DNA from: the human T2T-CHM13v2.0 reference genome, Homo sapiens
Reading direction: 5' to 3' (one strand)
Assembly: GCF_009914755.1 (NCBI RefSeq)
Contig: NC_060938.1
Length of the DNA stretch: 64,000 nucleotides
Shown: positions 12,772 through 34,008 of the stretch, piece after piece
Position numbering within the stretch: position 1 is the first letter of the stretch
How the letters are laid out: each line of letters opens with the position of its first letter
Program-made: the position numbers and the translations under genes
The notes under the pieces: generated by a model
Database searches by the model: none
Seen by the model: the letters and a program-made list of their open reading frames with translations, nothing else
Told to the model about the DNA's origin: nothing

Positions 12772-14074
12772 TCAGAAACAAACAAACACACAAAGCCAAT
12801 AAAGGTGTTTCACTCAACGTTTCAGGCTCAGGTCTCTTGACAGGATACATCCAGCACCCGGGGAAACGTCGAGGGGTGAGTTGGAATCTGTTTTGTGGCC
12901 TCAAGGGAGGTTTTGAGAGATAGTCTCGCAAACATGACGGCCTAAGGAAGCCCCTCCGCCCAAGAAGCAATATTCATTTGTATCCTGTAGCCACCCACGA
13001 GGTAGAATCGGGCTCTCTACAGACACCCCAACCCCCACCCCACCCCACCCCACCCCCCCACCTCGTGAAATGAGCTCTCGCTCCGTCAGGCTCTATTCAC
13101 GCCGTGTAGTTTTGTAACCTCCAGCATGTGTGCGTGGGTTGCGGGGTGGGGTGGGGGCGGCTGTGGACAGAGAAGGGGATAAAGCGGCAGTGTCTCGCGG
13201 GTGCCCAGGACGTGGGACGTGAGTGGGGTGGCCAGAGCCTAGTTAACTCATCGCCTGTCAGGACATCTCCCCTCCTGGTCCCCTCTCTGACCTACGCTCC
13301 ACATCTTCACAGTTCAGTGGGGACCTTGTGGGTGGAAGTCGCCATCCCTTTGTACTTTAGCCGACGAAGACCAGGCTCCCAAGAGTCTCCCGGGAGTCGA
13401 GGCCTTGGGCAGGCTCACAAGGATGCTGATGGCGAGGGTTAGTGATGGTGATGTAAGTTGGAAGCCTTGGGCCAATGCAGAGGTATCCATTTGACCTCGG
13501 TGGGACAGGTCAGCTTTGTGGAGTCCTGTGTGTCGTTCCAGAGACTCATCCAGCGGTAGCAAGCATGGTCCCGAGGATCCCAGCTCCCAGCAGAGGCACT
13601 TTTGTTCACATAGAATCCTGGGCAGGAAAGCTCTCTGCAGGTTTAGGCCTCCTAGCCAAAAAGTCAAAGCCACTTCTGGGATTTTTTTTCAAAGAGCCAA
13701 TGGTTCCACAATGGGCCATGGGTAGTTGTGAAAGTGGAGAGACGTGTTTGCAGATACATATTTGAGACAGAATGGACAGGGCTCAGTCACAGTTCATGTA
13801 GGAAACGAGCAGATGCATATTGAGAAAACCTTCCGAGCATCCTAGGTGAACAGAGGTATGATTTTTTGAGACAGTCGAGGGAGACGCAACCCCGGATGTT
13901 AGGGTTGGATCGTTATTAATATGTAGTATCTATGAGGTATCCAACTCCAGAAATCAACTCGCCAGTTCTGTACAGCATTCTGTAGGGAGATCAAATGTGG
14001 GATGTCTAAAGTTAAGAATTCAGGCTGTGGTAATGGATTAGATTAGATGTACTTGAACTTATTTTGCAAAGAAA

Positions 14075-15185
14075 GAGAGGGTGGGAGATAGCGAGAGCCA
14101 GAGACCGGTTGAGAGAGAGACAAAGACAGAGACAGAGAGACACAAAGAAACACAAAGAGAGAAAGACAGAAAGAGAGAGAGAGACAGACAGATAAAGACA
14201 CAGACAGAGAAAGACAGAGATGGACAGAGACAGAGAGAAACAGAAAGAGAGACAGAGACAGAAAGAGAGAGAGACAGACAGAGAGAGACAGACAGGCAGA
14301 CAGGCAGACAGTCAGAGAAAGAGAGTAAGACAGAAGGCAGACACACACACACAGAGACAGAGACAATGGACAGACAGAGAGAAAGAAGGAGAGAGACAGA
14401 TAGAGAAAGAGACAGAGAGAGAAAGACAGAGACAGACAGAGGGAGACAGAGAGAAACAGAGACAAAGAGAGAGAGAAACAGACAAGGAGAGAGAGAGAGA
14501 CAGACAGACAGGCAGAGAAAGACAGTAAGACAGAAGACAGACACAGAGAGAGACAAGCAGAGACAGACAGAGAGACAGAGAAACAGACAGAGAGAGAGAG
14601 AAAAAAACAGACAGGGAGAGAGAGAGAGACCTACAGACAGACAGACAGGAAGAGAGACAGAAACAGCGAGACAGAGAAAGAGAGATACACACAGACAGAC
14701 AGACAAAGAGACAGACAGAGAAAGACAGAGACGGACAGAGAGAGACAGAGAGAAACAGAGAGAGAGACAGAGAGAGACAGACAGGCCGGAGGAGAAAGAG
14801 AGTAAGACAGAAGACAGACACAGTGAGAGAGACAGGCAGAGTGAGAGAGACACAGAGACAGAGAGACAGAGAGAGAGAGAGAGACAGACAGAGAGACAGA
14901 CAGAGAAAGACAGAGATGGACAGAGAGAAACAGAAAGAGAGAGACAGAGAGAAAGAGACAGACAGGGAGAGAGAGAGAGAGAGAGACAGACAGGCAGAGA
15001 GAGAGAGAGACAGACAGGCAGAGAGAGAGAGAGACAGACAGGCAGCGAAAGAGAGTAAGACAGAAGACAGACACAGTGAGAGAGACAGGCAGAGAGACAG
15101 AGAGAGAAATAGGCAGAGAGAGAGAGACAGAGACAGAGAGAAGACGGAGAAAGAGAGACAGAGAGACAGAGAGAGGAGGAGGAAG
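14075..15185. repeat. (GA/GACA)n low-complexity block of rDNA IGS
   Basis: ~1.1 kb almost purely A/G with recurring 'gagagtaagacagaagacagacacagtgagagagacaggcag' subunit. Confidence 0.95.
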
Positions 15186-15189
15186 GGCG

Positions 15190-18884
<3,695 letters not shown>

Positions 18885-18889
18885 TCATT

Positions 18890-22103
<3,214 letters not shown>

Positions 22104-22229
22104 TAATCTTTTTAATAAATTGTAGAGAAGGGGTTTCGTCAGCCGCCGGGTGGAGGGTGAGGTGGGTTTTACTCAGACTGCATACTGTGAAAAGGATAAA
22201 TTAGTGTGGTTTGTGAACTAGATGTGGAA

Positions 22230-22276
<47 letters not shown>

Positions 22277-22686
22277 CCAATCCCACCATGAGGACCCGGA
22301 AATGGAGTTTGATTTGGGTCTCTGTCTAGTCACCTCTCTGTCTGTAGATGACTGAGGATTCCACAAATGAAGGTCAGCAGTATCCATTGAGCTGTTTCTC
22401 CCTCTCATGCGTCTCATCTGTGTGGTGGAGAAAGGGAAGAAAAGAGGATCTGATGGGAAGTTGTCTTCATGCCTGAGGAAGCTGAAGGCAGGCTGACTGT
22501 AAGGAGGGCATCCTATGTGACATTTCCATACCTGGGCACCCTTTACAATGCTGGGGCTGCCAGTCCACCCTGTACGTCAACCCACCACCAAGAACAGCAC
22601 GGTCCGGGGTGGTCCAGTCTCATCCCATGCATCCGGCCCACCCGGGGAATCTGGTGGAAGTCCTCACTGGAGGATTCGACACCTTA

Positions 22687-23052
22687 GAATACTATGCACC
22701 AAAAAAAATGATGAGTTAATGTACTTTGTAGGGACATGGATGAAACTGGAAACCATCATTCTCAGCAAACTATCACAAGGACAAAAAAACAAACACCGCA
22801 TGTTCTCACTCATAGGTGGGAACTGAACAATGAGAACACATGGACACAGGAAGGGGAACTTCACACACCGGGGACTCTTGTGGGGTGGGGGGAGGAATAG
22901 CATTAGGAGATATACCTAATGCTAAATGACGAGTTAATGGGTGCAGCACACCAACATGGCACATGTATACATATGTAATAAACCTGCACGTTGTGCACAT
23001 GTACCCTAAAACTTAAACTATAATAATAATAAAATAAAACAAGAAAAAAAAG
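22687..23052 (+). mobile_element. 5'-truncated L1PA3/4-like 3' end inserted in IGS
   Basis: gaatactatgca..ggaaaccatcattctcagcaaac..ggagatatacctaatgctaaatgacg..gtaccctaaaacttaaa then poly-A. Confidence 0.93.
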
Positions 23053-23689
23053 AAGAAAGCGTCAACGCGGCTCCCTTGGGGTCGCCGGGCGTAGGCCAGC
23101 CGGTGGAGGGTGGCTGGACATGAAGGGGGGCGGGGCATCGGCCTCAGAGCTCCTTGGAAGGTGGCAGGCAGCCGGTGGGGGACGCTGAGCCAGAGACGTC
23201 TGACAGGATATAGATCTGGAAGCCGCGTCAGTCCTCTCCCATACCTCTCCCACGGAAAATCCCACAGCGGCGGTGGGAGCCTTGGCTGGGGGAGAAGCGG
23301 GGACAAGGGGGAGAGGGAAGGAGGCCCTCGGGAGGATTTAGCACTGAAAACCCACCCAGTCAAGCTCCCTCCCTCCTATTGGGTCCAAGGTACACCCTGG
23401 GAGGCGGCAAGAGAAACGTTCACCCCGTGCTTTTTGTCTTTCTCTTTATTTTTTTCATCTTTTCAATTTTACAAGAGATGCTCATTTCAACAATCAGGCG
23501 GTTGATGTGATGGGAGAAGTGTCAAGTCCAGGAGTTCGAGACCAGCCCTAGCAACTGAGCAACACAAGTAGGAGAGCCCAGCTGAAAACAATGAAAAAAA
23601 GAAGGAGGAGGAGGAGGAAATAAAAGAAAAAAAAAAAGAAAAGAAAGAAAAGAAAAGAAGAGAAAAAAGTTAAAATTCTCCAATGGTGC

Positions 23690-24010
23690 AGGCACAAAAA
23701 GAGTGATTTCACGTCTTTTCCCACAACATGGGTAGAGCTGGAAGCAAGTATGTACCCAGTGAACTGCCTTCTGCTTACAAGTGGGAGGTAAATAATGGGT
23801 ACACGCACGGTCATCAAGATGGAAATAACAGACACTCCAAAAGGGAGGAGGAGGGTAAGAGGGGGACGAGGAATGAATTAATCGCCCCTCAGAGACAACG
23901 TCCACCACGTGGGTAACGGATACACTGGAGGTCCACTTCTACATCCGGAAGCAGTAGTAAGCTGATCTAACAAACAAGCACATACACCCCCTGAGTCTGT
24001 AAAATACCAA
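23690..24010 (+). mobile_element. Old L1 (L1MA/L1PB-like) 3' end in IGS
   Basis: 'acaacatgg..gagctggaag', 'aagtgggagg.taaataatgggtacac', 'ggaaataacagacact'. Confidence 0.6.
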
Positions 24011-24403
24011 AACAATGACGACAGCACCAGCAGCAGCAGCAGCAACAACAACAGAACAGAAGCTGGAACACAAAACCACCACCACCACCACCACAATCAC
24101 CAGTTGGAGGTTTGGGGAGTCTGGCCGCGCTCGAGGCCCTCAGGCTCAGTCCCCTCGGGATTAAAAAAGAAAACAGCAGACTCATTCCTGTCTGTAGGCA
24201 GGAAAAATCCAATCAAAGTTCTCCGTTGCTAGAAAGGGAAGTAGAATAAGGAGAAGGGCTTATTGATCTTCTTGTGATCAATCGAGACCATACATGTAGA
24301 AAAAAATTAAATACAGACAGCAACAGTTTCTACACTGTTCAAAAGCATCGGAGATCAGGCGCACCACACACCATGGGGCTTGAGCCACTAGAAAGAAAAG
24401 GCA

Positions 24404-24865
<462 letters not shown>

Positions 24866-25152
24866 ACCTACAAGCATACTCAGAGATAGTGTGGGTTTGG
24901 TTCCAGACAACCACAATAAGGAAAATGTTACAATCAAGTTAGTCACATACACATTTTGTTTCCCAGTGTTTATAAAAGTTATGCTTAAACTATGTTGTAG
25001 TCTAATGAGTATTTAATAATTAATTATTAATTAATTAGTAATCGCATTATGTCTAAAAAACTATGTACATACCTTAACTTAAAATACCTCATTGCTGAAA
25101 AATACTAATGAATATCTGAGCCTCATCAGGTCATAATCTTTTTGCTGGTGAG

Positions 25153-26180
25153 TGAAGGGGTGGCCTGCCCCTCCACACTTGCGGGTATTTCTAGTGAGGT
25201 GGGACGAGAGACTGAGAAAACAAGTAAGACACAGAGACAAAGTATAGAGAAGCAACAGTAGGCCCAGGGGACCAGCGCTCAGCATGACAAGGACCTGCAC
25301 AAGCACCGGCCTCTGAGTTCCCTTAGTTTTTATTGGTTATTATTTTCATTATTTCAGCAAAAAGGAATGTAGTAGGAGAGCAGGGTGATAATAAGGAGAA
25401 GGTCAGCAAAAAACATGTGAGCAAAAGAATCTATGTCATAATTAAGTTCAAGGGAAGGTACTATGATTGGACGTGCACGTAAGCCAGATTTATGTTTCTC
25501 TCCACCCAAACATCTCAGTGGAGTAAAGAATAACAAAGCAGCATTACTGCAAACATGTCTGTCCTCCCACCATAGGGCGGTTTTTCTCCTATCTCAGAAT
25601 TGAAGAAATGTACAATCGGGTTTTATACTGAGACATTCAGTTCCCAGGGGCAGGCAGTAGACAGTGGCCTTCCTCTATCTCAACTGCAAGAGGCTTTCCT
25701 CTTTTACTAATCCACCTCAGCACAGACTCTGAATGGGTGTCGGGCTGGGGGACAGTCAGGTCTTTCTCATCCCACGAGGCCATATTTCAGACTATCATAT
25801 GGGGAGAAACTTTGGACAATACCCTGCCTTCAAGGGCAGAGGTCCCTGCGGCTTTCTGCAGTGCATTATGCCCCTCGTTTATTGAGATTAGGGAATGGCA
25901 ATGACTTTTACCAAGTATACTGCTGGTAAACATTTTGTTAACAAGGCACGTCCTGCACAGCTCTAGATCGCTTAAACCTTGATTTCATACAACACATGTT
26001 TTTGTGAGCTCCAGGTTGGGTCAAAGTGGCTGAAGCAAAGTGGCTGGGGCAAAGCTACAAATTAACAACATCTCAGCAAAGCAATTGTTTAAAGTACAAG
26101 TCTTTCAAAATGGAGTCTCTTATGTTTTTCCTTTCTATATAGACACAGTAACAGTCTGATCTCTCTTTCTTTTCTCTACA
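25153..26180 (-). mobile_element. HERV-K(HML-2) solo LTR, LTR5A-like
   Basis: Revcomp starts TGTAGAGAAAAGAAAGAGAGATCAGACTGTTACTGTGTC and ends GGCCACCCCTTCA; 5-bp TSD GTGAG at 25148-25152 and 26181-26185. Confidence 0.93.
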
Positions 26181-27059
26181 GTGAGGGTCTTGCCTCTATG
26201 TTGATGGCTGCTGACTGATCAGTGTGGGGGCTGCTGAAGATTGGGTGCCTGTGTCAATTTCTTAAAACAATGAAGTTTGTTCCTTTCACAAAACATTTCC
26301 CTGTAGCATGTGATGCTGTTTGATAGCATTTTATCCACAGTAGAACTTCCTTCAAAATTGGAGTAAACCCTCTCAAACCCTGCTGCTGCTTTATCAACTA
26401 GGTTTATGGAATATTCTAAATCCTTTGTTGTTATTTCAACAAACTTCATAGCATCTCCACCTGGAGTAGATTCTATCTCAAGAAAATATTTTCTTTGCTC
26501 ATCCATAAGCAACTCCCCACTTGTTCAAGTTTCATCATGAGTTTACAGCAATTTAATCTCATCTTAAGGCCCTAATTCTAATTCTGGTTGTCTTGTGATT
26601 TCTACCACATCTGTAGGGACTTCCTCCACTGACATCCTGAGCCCTCAAAGTCTTCCATGAGGGCTGGAATCAACTTCTTCCAAACTCCTGTTAATGTTGA
26701 TATTTCAACCTCCTCCCATCAATCACAAATGTCCTTAATGGCATTTGCTATTAAGGACATTTGTGATTCACGGGAGGAGGTTGAAATATCATGAAGGGAT
26801 TAATGGTGAAACCTTTCCAAAAGGTTTTCAATTCAGTTTATCCAGATTCATCAAAGAAATCACTATCTATGACAGCTATACCTTTATAAAATGCATTTAT
26901 TATTTAATATAAACACTTGAAAGTCAAAACCACTCCTTGATCCACAGGCTGAAGGATAGATATTGTATTAGCAGCCATGAAAATAACATTAATTTCCAAG
27001 TACATCTCCATCTAAGCTTCTGGGTAGCTAGGTGAATTGTCAATAAGCAGCTATCTTTT

Positions 27060-27375
27060 TTCTTTTTTTCTTTTCTTTCCTTTTTTTTTTCCTTTATGTA
27101 GTTTCCCTCTTGTTACCCAGGCTGGAGGGCAGTGGCGTGGTCTCGGCTCACTGCAACCTCCGCCTCCAGGGTTCAAGCCATTCTTCTGCGTCAGCCTCCC
27201 AAGTAGCTGAAATTACAGGTACCACCACCATGGCCGGCTAATTTTTTTGTGTTTTTATTAGAGACAGGGTTTCATCATTTTCGCCAGGCTGGTCTCCAAC
27301 TCCTGACCTCAGGCGATCCACCCACCTCGCCTCCCAAAGTGCAGTGATTACAGGTGTGAGCCACTGTGCCTGGCC
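27060..27375 (-). mobile_element. AluS within Tigger1
   Basis: Antisense Alu; TSD-like aagcagc(t/a)atc on both sides. Confidence 0.9.
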
Positions 27376-27812
27376 AAGCAGCAATCCTTTAAAGGAATCA
27401 TTTTTGTTTTTTCTTTTTTTGTTTTTTGTTTTTTTCTGAGCAGTAGGTCTCAATAGTGGGATTAAAATATTCAGTAAACCATGCTCTTAACAGATGTGTT
27501 GTCACTCAGATTGTGATGTTCCATTTCTAGAGCACAGAAAGAATAGATTTTGCATAATTCTTAAGGGCCCTGAGATTTTCAGAGTGGTCAATGAGCATTG
27601 GCTATAACTTAAAGTCACCAACTGCAGTGGTCCTCAAAGAGAGTCAGCCCATCCTTTGAAGTTTTGAAGTCAAGTGTTGATGTCTCTCTAGCAATGAAAA
27701 TTTTACATCTTCAGTAAGCTTAATCATTTCTAGCTCTGGACTTAAATTGAGAGACATGCAATTCTTCCTTTCATTTGAGCTCTTTGAGGCCACTGTGGTT
27801 ACTAATTAACAT

Positions 27813-28567
27813 CCCCAGCGGGTGTCATCCTCCTCCCTCCTCAATCGAGTTCACCCACACAGGGGCGTGGGGAACAGGGCTTCCCGCACCCCACACGCCC
27901 TGCACACCTGGGGCTCTCCACATGGGGCTTTCATGAGCCAGGGAGCAAGGGCCTTCCCCCCGCTCCAGCCCAGCCAGGCTGCGCAGGCAGAAGGAATCTC
28001 TCAACCTGCCCCTGCACGCGGGGATTTTGTGTTCGCTGCCCTGGCTCCTCTGGAAGTAGGACTGTCCCACCCTCAGACTCCTCGGTGGCCTCCGCAGCCT
28101 AACAAATGCCAGGAGGAAGAGGACCCGCAACACGGCGGCCTGCTGGGTGCGTGCTCAGTGTGACAGCTTGGGCCCCCTCAAGCTGAGTCACAGGGGCAAG
28201 GTGTGTTTGCGCCACCCACGTCCCACCGGAGTCCGCGGTGGGGCTAGAGCCCCATGTCGCCAGGGCAGCGTGGGAAACCAAATACCGGGCACCTCCACCT
28301 CTGAAGCTCGCGACCCCGGAGGCCTCCGCGTCAACCACAGATGCAAGCCATCCAGGCACCTCCCAACCACTCCAGGAGCCGGGGCGCTCGTCTACACACA
28401 CCCCCAGCCTGTTAGATGAGCTCCTGTCAAGCCCAGAGTTTCAGCAAAAGGCACAACCTTTCCTAGATCCGGCGCCACTGGGGAAGCTGAAGGACGTGGA
28501 AGAGCCCGCTCCGCTGGAACCACTCCTCAGCCAGGAAGAACACCCGGCTCTGCTGGAGGAGCTTTAG
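27813..28567 (+). pseudogene. DUX4L: DUX4-like pseudogene copy 1 (homeoboxes absent)
   Basis: Translation ..LLDELLSSPEFQQKAQPFL..LSQEEHPALLEEL* matches the DUX4 C-terminus; begins after HD2. Confidence 0.93.
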
Positions 28568-29972
28568 GACGCGGGGTTGGGGTGGGGTGGGGGCAGGGCC
28601 GCGGCCTCTCTTTCGCAGTGAACCTCTGACTCGGTATGGAGCGGCTTGTCTTCCCTTCCAGCTGACCTGCTTAGGATCCCTGAGTTCCAGGTCCCGTGAG
28701 AGACTCCACTCAGAGGAGGGCTATCATTCTTTGCTGAGCATTCCGGGGATCCCAGGGCCCGTCCAGGTACCGGGAGGCGGACCGTCTACTGCTCATGTGC
28801 GGATTAGCAGGCAGTAGCCTAGGTTTTCTAACTAGCCTAGGCGGAGCTCTCTTCCCTTCCCTCTTGACCCCTGCCGCGTTCTTCAGTGGGGCGGGCGGAG
28901 ACCTCCATCCCGGGAAACACTGGCCCGGTCAGACGCCAGGCCTGCTCTTCTTTCCGCGTCTCTCCTCCTCTGCCTCCCCGCCCCACCTTCACTCGCCTAC
29001 CCTTGCCCCGCCAGCTTCCTCGGCATCGCTGTGGAGCGCCTGACAGCTAAATGCAGACCCGAGACCCCGTGCAAGCCAGGGTGCTGTCCTTTCTAAGCGG
29101 GAGGGAACTCAGGCAGAGATGGGGAGGCGAACGGAGACAGAGAGGGAGAAAGCGATGGAGGGAGGAAAGAACGGATGGACCGTGGGACCTTGGAAAGGAT
29201 GGAGGGATAGAAGGAGGGGGAGAGGGAAGGAGGGAGGGAGGAAGGGAGGAACTGAGGGAGGGACGGAGGGAAAGAGGGTGGGAGGGAGCAAGAAACAGAG
29301 AGAGGAAGGCAGAGAGAAAAGTAGTCTTCTGCCTCCAGGACCAGCAGGATCTCGCACTCCGGGAAAATGTTGGGTGCCCAGTGCAGGCTAAGTGCTCGGG
29401 CCACAGCCGCGTCGGCCTGCGGCGCTCTCACCGGCCCTCCGGATCGCCAGCCTGGGTTACTTCATCCGGGAGCAATTCAGACGAATTTCGTCTCCCAAGG
29501 AATGAGCGAACTGCCCAGAGAGCAATAAGCCGAGACTCGGGTGATTGTCCATTTTTCATCCACATGGTTCACAGATGAGATAGCCCCACGTTGAGCCTGC
29601 AATGGAGCGCGAGGTGGATAGTCCCGTCCACACAGGAGTCACACTCAGGCCGACTGAAGCGTGGTTTCGGGTTCCACGTTCCTTTGCCTTCTGCAAGGGG
29701 GCCTGTTGCTCATGCGTCTCTAGCCCCCGAAAGCGTGACCATGTTGACTGTTTGTTTCCCGAGCTCTGTGGGGACACAGAAACCTCCAGAGAACCGTGGA
29801 AAAGCAGCATCGTGTCTTCGCTCTCCTTTCCAGTTTCCTGTTTGGAAACAGGCCATAGTGGAGACTCCCCATGTCGCAGGAAACAGGAATCCATCCTCAG
29901 GCCGTGATGCACCGGGGGTTTCTTTTCTCTGTAGTTTCGCTCTCGTTTTCCACATGAAAATGAACGAGATCC
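28568..29972 (+). repeat. D4Z4 non-coding part (LSau/hhspm3 region)
   Basis: GGGA-rich tract, 'ccgggaaaatgttgggtgcccagtgcaggct', 'aaagcgtgaccatgttgactgtttg'; paralogous to 34009-35447. Confidence 0.9.
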
Positions 29973-32530
29973 GTAAGGAATGAGAAAAGGGAGAATCAGA
30001 AATAGCACACAAGTCTTGACTACTGTTACATTCCACTTTGAAATCACTCTGAGGTGAAACAAAAATTTTCCAAGATTTAAAGAAAAATAGATTTTATAAA
30101 AGGGATTCTTTTATTCACTCAATACATCATTTATGTTACTGACAGTAACAAGTGATTTTTTTCACTATAATTTGCTCTGATGAAATAAATAATTCTTTTA
30201 ATTCCTAACAAATGCTACATTTTCAAGACTAAAGGAATTATCAGTAGGCATTCTTTCTTCTTGATCTAAGTTATTTATCTCTAAAATATGTCAAGTAAGC
30301 TTTTAAAGATTCAGGGAGGGGCAGCTTCATGATTTTTTTCTCTCAGTAAATTTTGAGGTGGCTCCTCTGGCTTCATCGTTTCACTGTGATCTTTTTCTTC
30401 CTCTTCTTTGTTATCTTCTTCCATTTCTTCATCCTCCTCACTGTCTAGAGGCTGAGGAATAAGCTGATTACCCACAAATATGTAAGTGGTAATTCTCTGT
30501 TTAGCTCTCTTTCTTTTCCTTTTGGGTGGAGGCCTTTGAAGAATCCCCTGGCCGGCATCTCATCATTTATGAAATTTCTAATTGTGTGTCAAATGTAAAT
30601 AAGAGCCAAGTCCTGTAGATTCCTGACAGTGATTCCTTACAGATTTGTAGTGGTGAGGGTTAGATTTAATTTTATATAAGGTTTAAATAATTGTTAAGCA
30701 TATGTAACCTGATCTGAATTTGCACTTCCTCTATGAAAACTTCATTTATCTAATAAGGAAATCAAATGCTTTGTAGACCTGTTTACCTTACTTTTGTTGC
30801 AATCACTGTTGCTGGGTTGCTGTATATATATTCCGGGCAATATATGAGTGTAATAACAATACAAAATACTGAATAATTTAGCTTTTAAAAATCCCACAAA
30901 TTTTATGAAATTTTACAGCCCTGCTACTTTTGCTTTTCAATCTCTTGCCAAAAGACACGAGTAAAATATCTGCTTCTCTCAGAGAGATTTTAAGAGCACA
31001 GCAAGTGAATTATTAAAATAGGAAGTATGTACTTAATACAACTCTTTATATGGACCCTTTACATTTTCAGTATTTTTAAAAATGAGGTTACCTTAACTCT
31101 CTAGAATTTTAAAAGTATATTTAGAATTGTTTTTTCTGTAGTTCACTGTATAAAGTATTTGTTTTTTTTAAAAAAGCAAAACCATTATTATGTGTGACTC
31201 TTGATAGGCCACAGAACGAGTGAATGAGCATGAGTGAGGCCAATTTCTTAGATGGCTGTAAGTAGCAGGGCCATGGTAGACCTGGTCAGTGGATGCACTT
31301 TAGCAGATGGAACTTCTAGTTTATCTGAATATTTATCTTTGACAAGGTAGGGCTCAGCCTACATTTGCTTTGGATCTTTCTAGTGCAAGAAATATTCACA
31401 GAAATTGTATGTAGATAACCTTTGTTTGGAAAATCCTGTTCAGAATCATAGTGTAATCTTTGGGACTTATGCCATGCTCATTTGACTTCTTCCCATTTTT
31501 TTTATGTTTCTTTTGGTAAAACTATAATGGTTTTCATTTTTTACTTAATATCACACAATTAAACTCTCATATTTGAGTTTCATTGTAGCTTATCAGTGAT
31601 AAAAAACAGATAGTAACTGCCATTGTTTGTTTCTTTGTTTTCGTAATAAGGCCTGAAAACAGCCAATCCTTGTTAAGAAAGTGTGCAATGTAACATATTT
31701 GCTAGAATTACATGGATTATATATTTCTTAAAGGGAAAAATTTGAGAGTATCATGGATTACCACCAGCATTATTACTACAGTAGTTGCTCAGATTTGGTT
31801 AAGGAAGCCCAATCAATGTATAGTGAAAGGATTATTAGGTTTCTGCTAAGATTCAGATATTGTTTCAAAAATCTCAGCTCCAATAATTCCACAACATCTA
31901 AAAACAAGTGTTTGTGATCATGTGTAAGCATGAAATTGTTCCAAGTAAGTGAGGATATTTTAGTTATGTGAAAGACAGTATCAATGGAAGGTTATTTGTT
32001 TTATACCAGTGGCTGGGATGGTGGAATTGGGGTTATTTCTACAGTTATTCTTAGATGATTACTAAACTGTTAAGAAATGCCCCATATCATTTGTATCTAG
32101 GAAAGAAAAAAATCAGTATCATACTGCTGTCATCTGTCAGAAATGTTCATTTTATTTTGAATTAAATGTGGCTTTTGAAGTTACCTTGAATTCCTGGTGA
32201 CCACATGTTTTTGTCTGGAAAACCTGGGGAAAGTTATCTGTCCCATCTACTCTGCTTTTTTTTTTTTTTTTTTTTCTTGGTTAGAGCTGCTGTTTAGATG
32301 ATGCTTTTACTATGTAGGAGAGAGTTTTTATTAAGGATATATTTAAAGATTGGCTTTTCCATATTGTCTTTCATTCTTTGACCTTGGCAAAGTGTACAGT
32401 AGATTTTCATGATCATTGCATATTTCTTGTCATTGAAATGTATCTTTTATGTTTTTAAATGCATTCATTTTACACTTGTGACATTATCATTGACTTTAAG
32501 AGGTAGAAATAAAAAATAAAAATAAAAAAA
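29973..32530 (+). pseudogene. PCMTD1P: PCMTD1 processed pseudogene with 5' inversion (CDS end on minus at 30271-30629; 3'UTR and poly-A on plus)
   Basis: Minus strand reads ..VRNLQDLA..PKRKRKR..GNQLIPQPLDSEEDE..KLPLPESLKAYLTYFRDK*; poly-A ~32508-32530; 17-bp TSD gaaaatgaa(c/t)gagatcc at 29956-29972 and 32531-32547. Confidence 0.93.
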
Positions 32531-32869
32531 GAAAATGAATGAGATCCACACACCTGTGTGTGTGAGACTATCACGGCAACGGCGACACCCACAGGCATTG
32601 CCGCCTTCACGGAGAGGGCCTGGAAAACTCAAGACTGTCATGGAGGTTCAGTTCCACACTCCACCCTTCCAGGGTGGTTTCTTCCTGAAATCGTATGTGA
32701 GCCCAGAGAGAAACTTCCAGTTTCCGTAGAATTCTGGAGAACTCAGAGAGCCAGCCCCAGAAGCCCCCCTTTCCTGGCCGATCTGGCCCCACCTTCGCCT
32801 ACCACACAGGGCCCTGTGTCTGTGGTTTCTGGCTTCGGAGGGCGGCTTACCCAGGGCCCTTGTGTGCTC

Positions 32870-32915
32870 ATGCATATTCATGAAGGGGTGAAGCTGATGG
32901 GTCTTTATAAGGGCC
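32870..32915 (+). promoter_or_regulatory. DUX4-like promoter remnant (DBE-like TTCATGAAGGGGTG; TATAA at 32906-32910)
   Basis: Position equivalent to the D4Z4 DBE and TACAA box, ~130 bp upstream of ATG 33039. Confidence 0.6.
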
Positions 32916-33038
32916 ACTGGCGGGGTCGGACTCCTGACTGGACCTGCGTGCAGCACAGAGGCCAACTGAGGTGCACAGGAGCCGCCGGCCTCTCTCTGCC
33001 CGTGTCTGTCCGTGAAATTCCGGTGAGGTGCCCTCGCG

Positions 33039-34008
<970 letters not shown>

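Larger units (their letters stand above)
24871..27810 (-). mobile_element. Tigger1 DNA transposon, 3' part, interrupted by LTR5A and an Alu
   Basis: TA then TIR-like caagcatac(c)tcagagat..gggtttggttccagac; ORF 26219-26512 (..[25 protein letters not shown]..) matches the Tigger transposase C-terminus. Confidence 0.9.
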
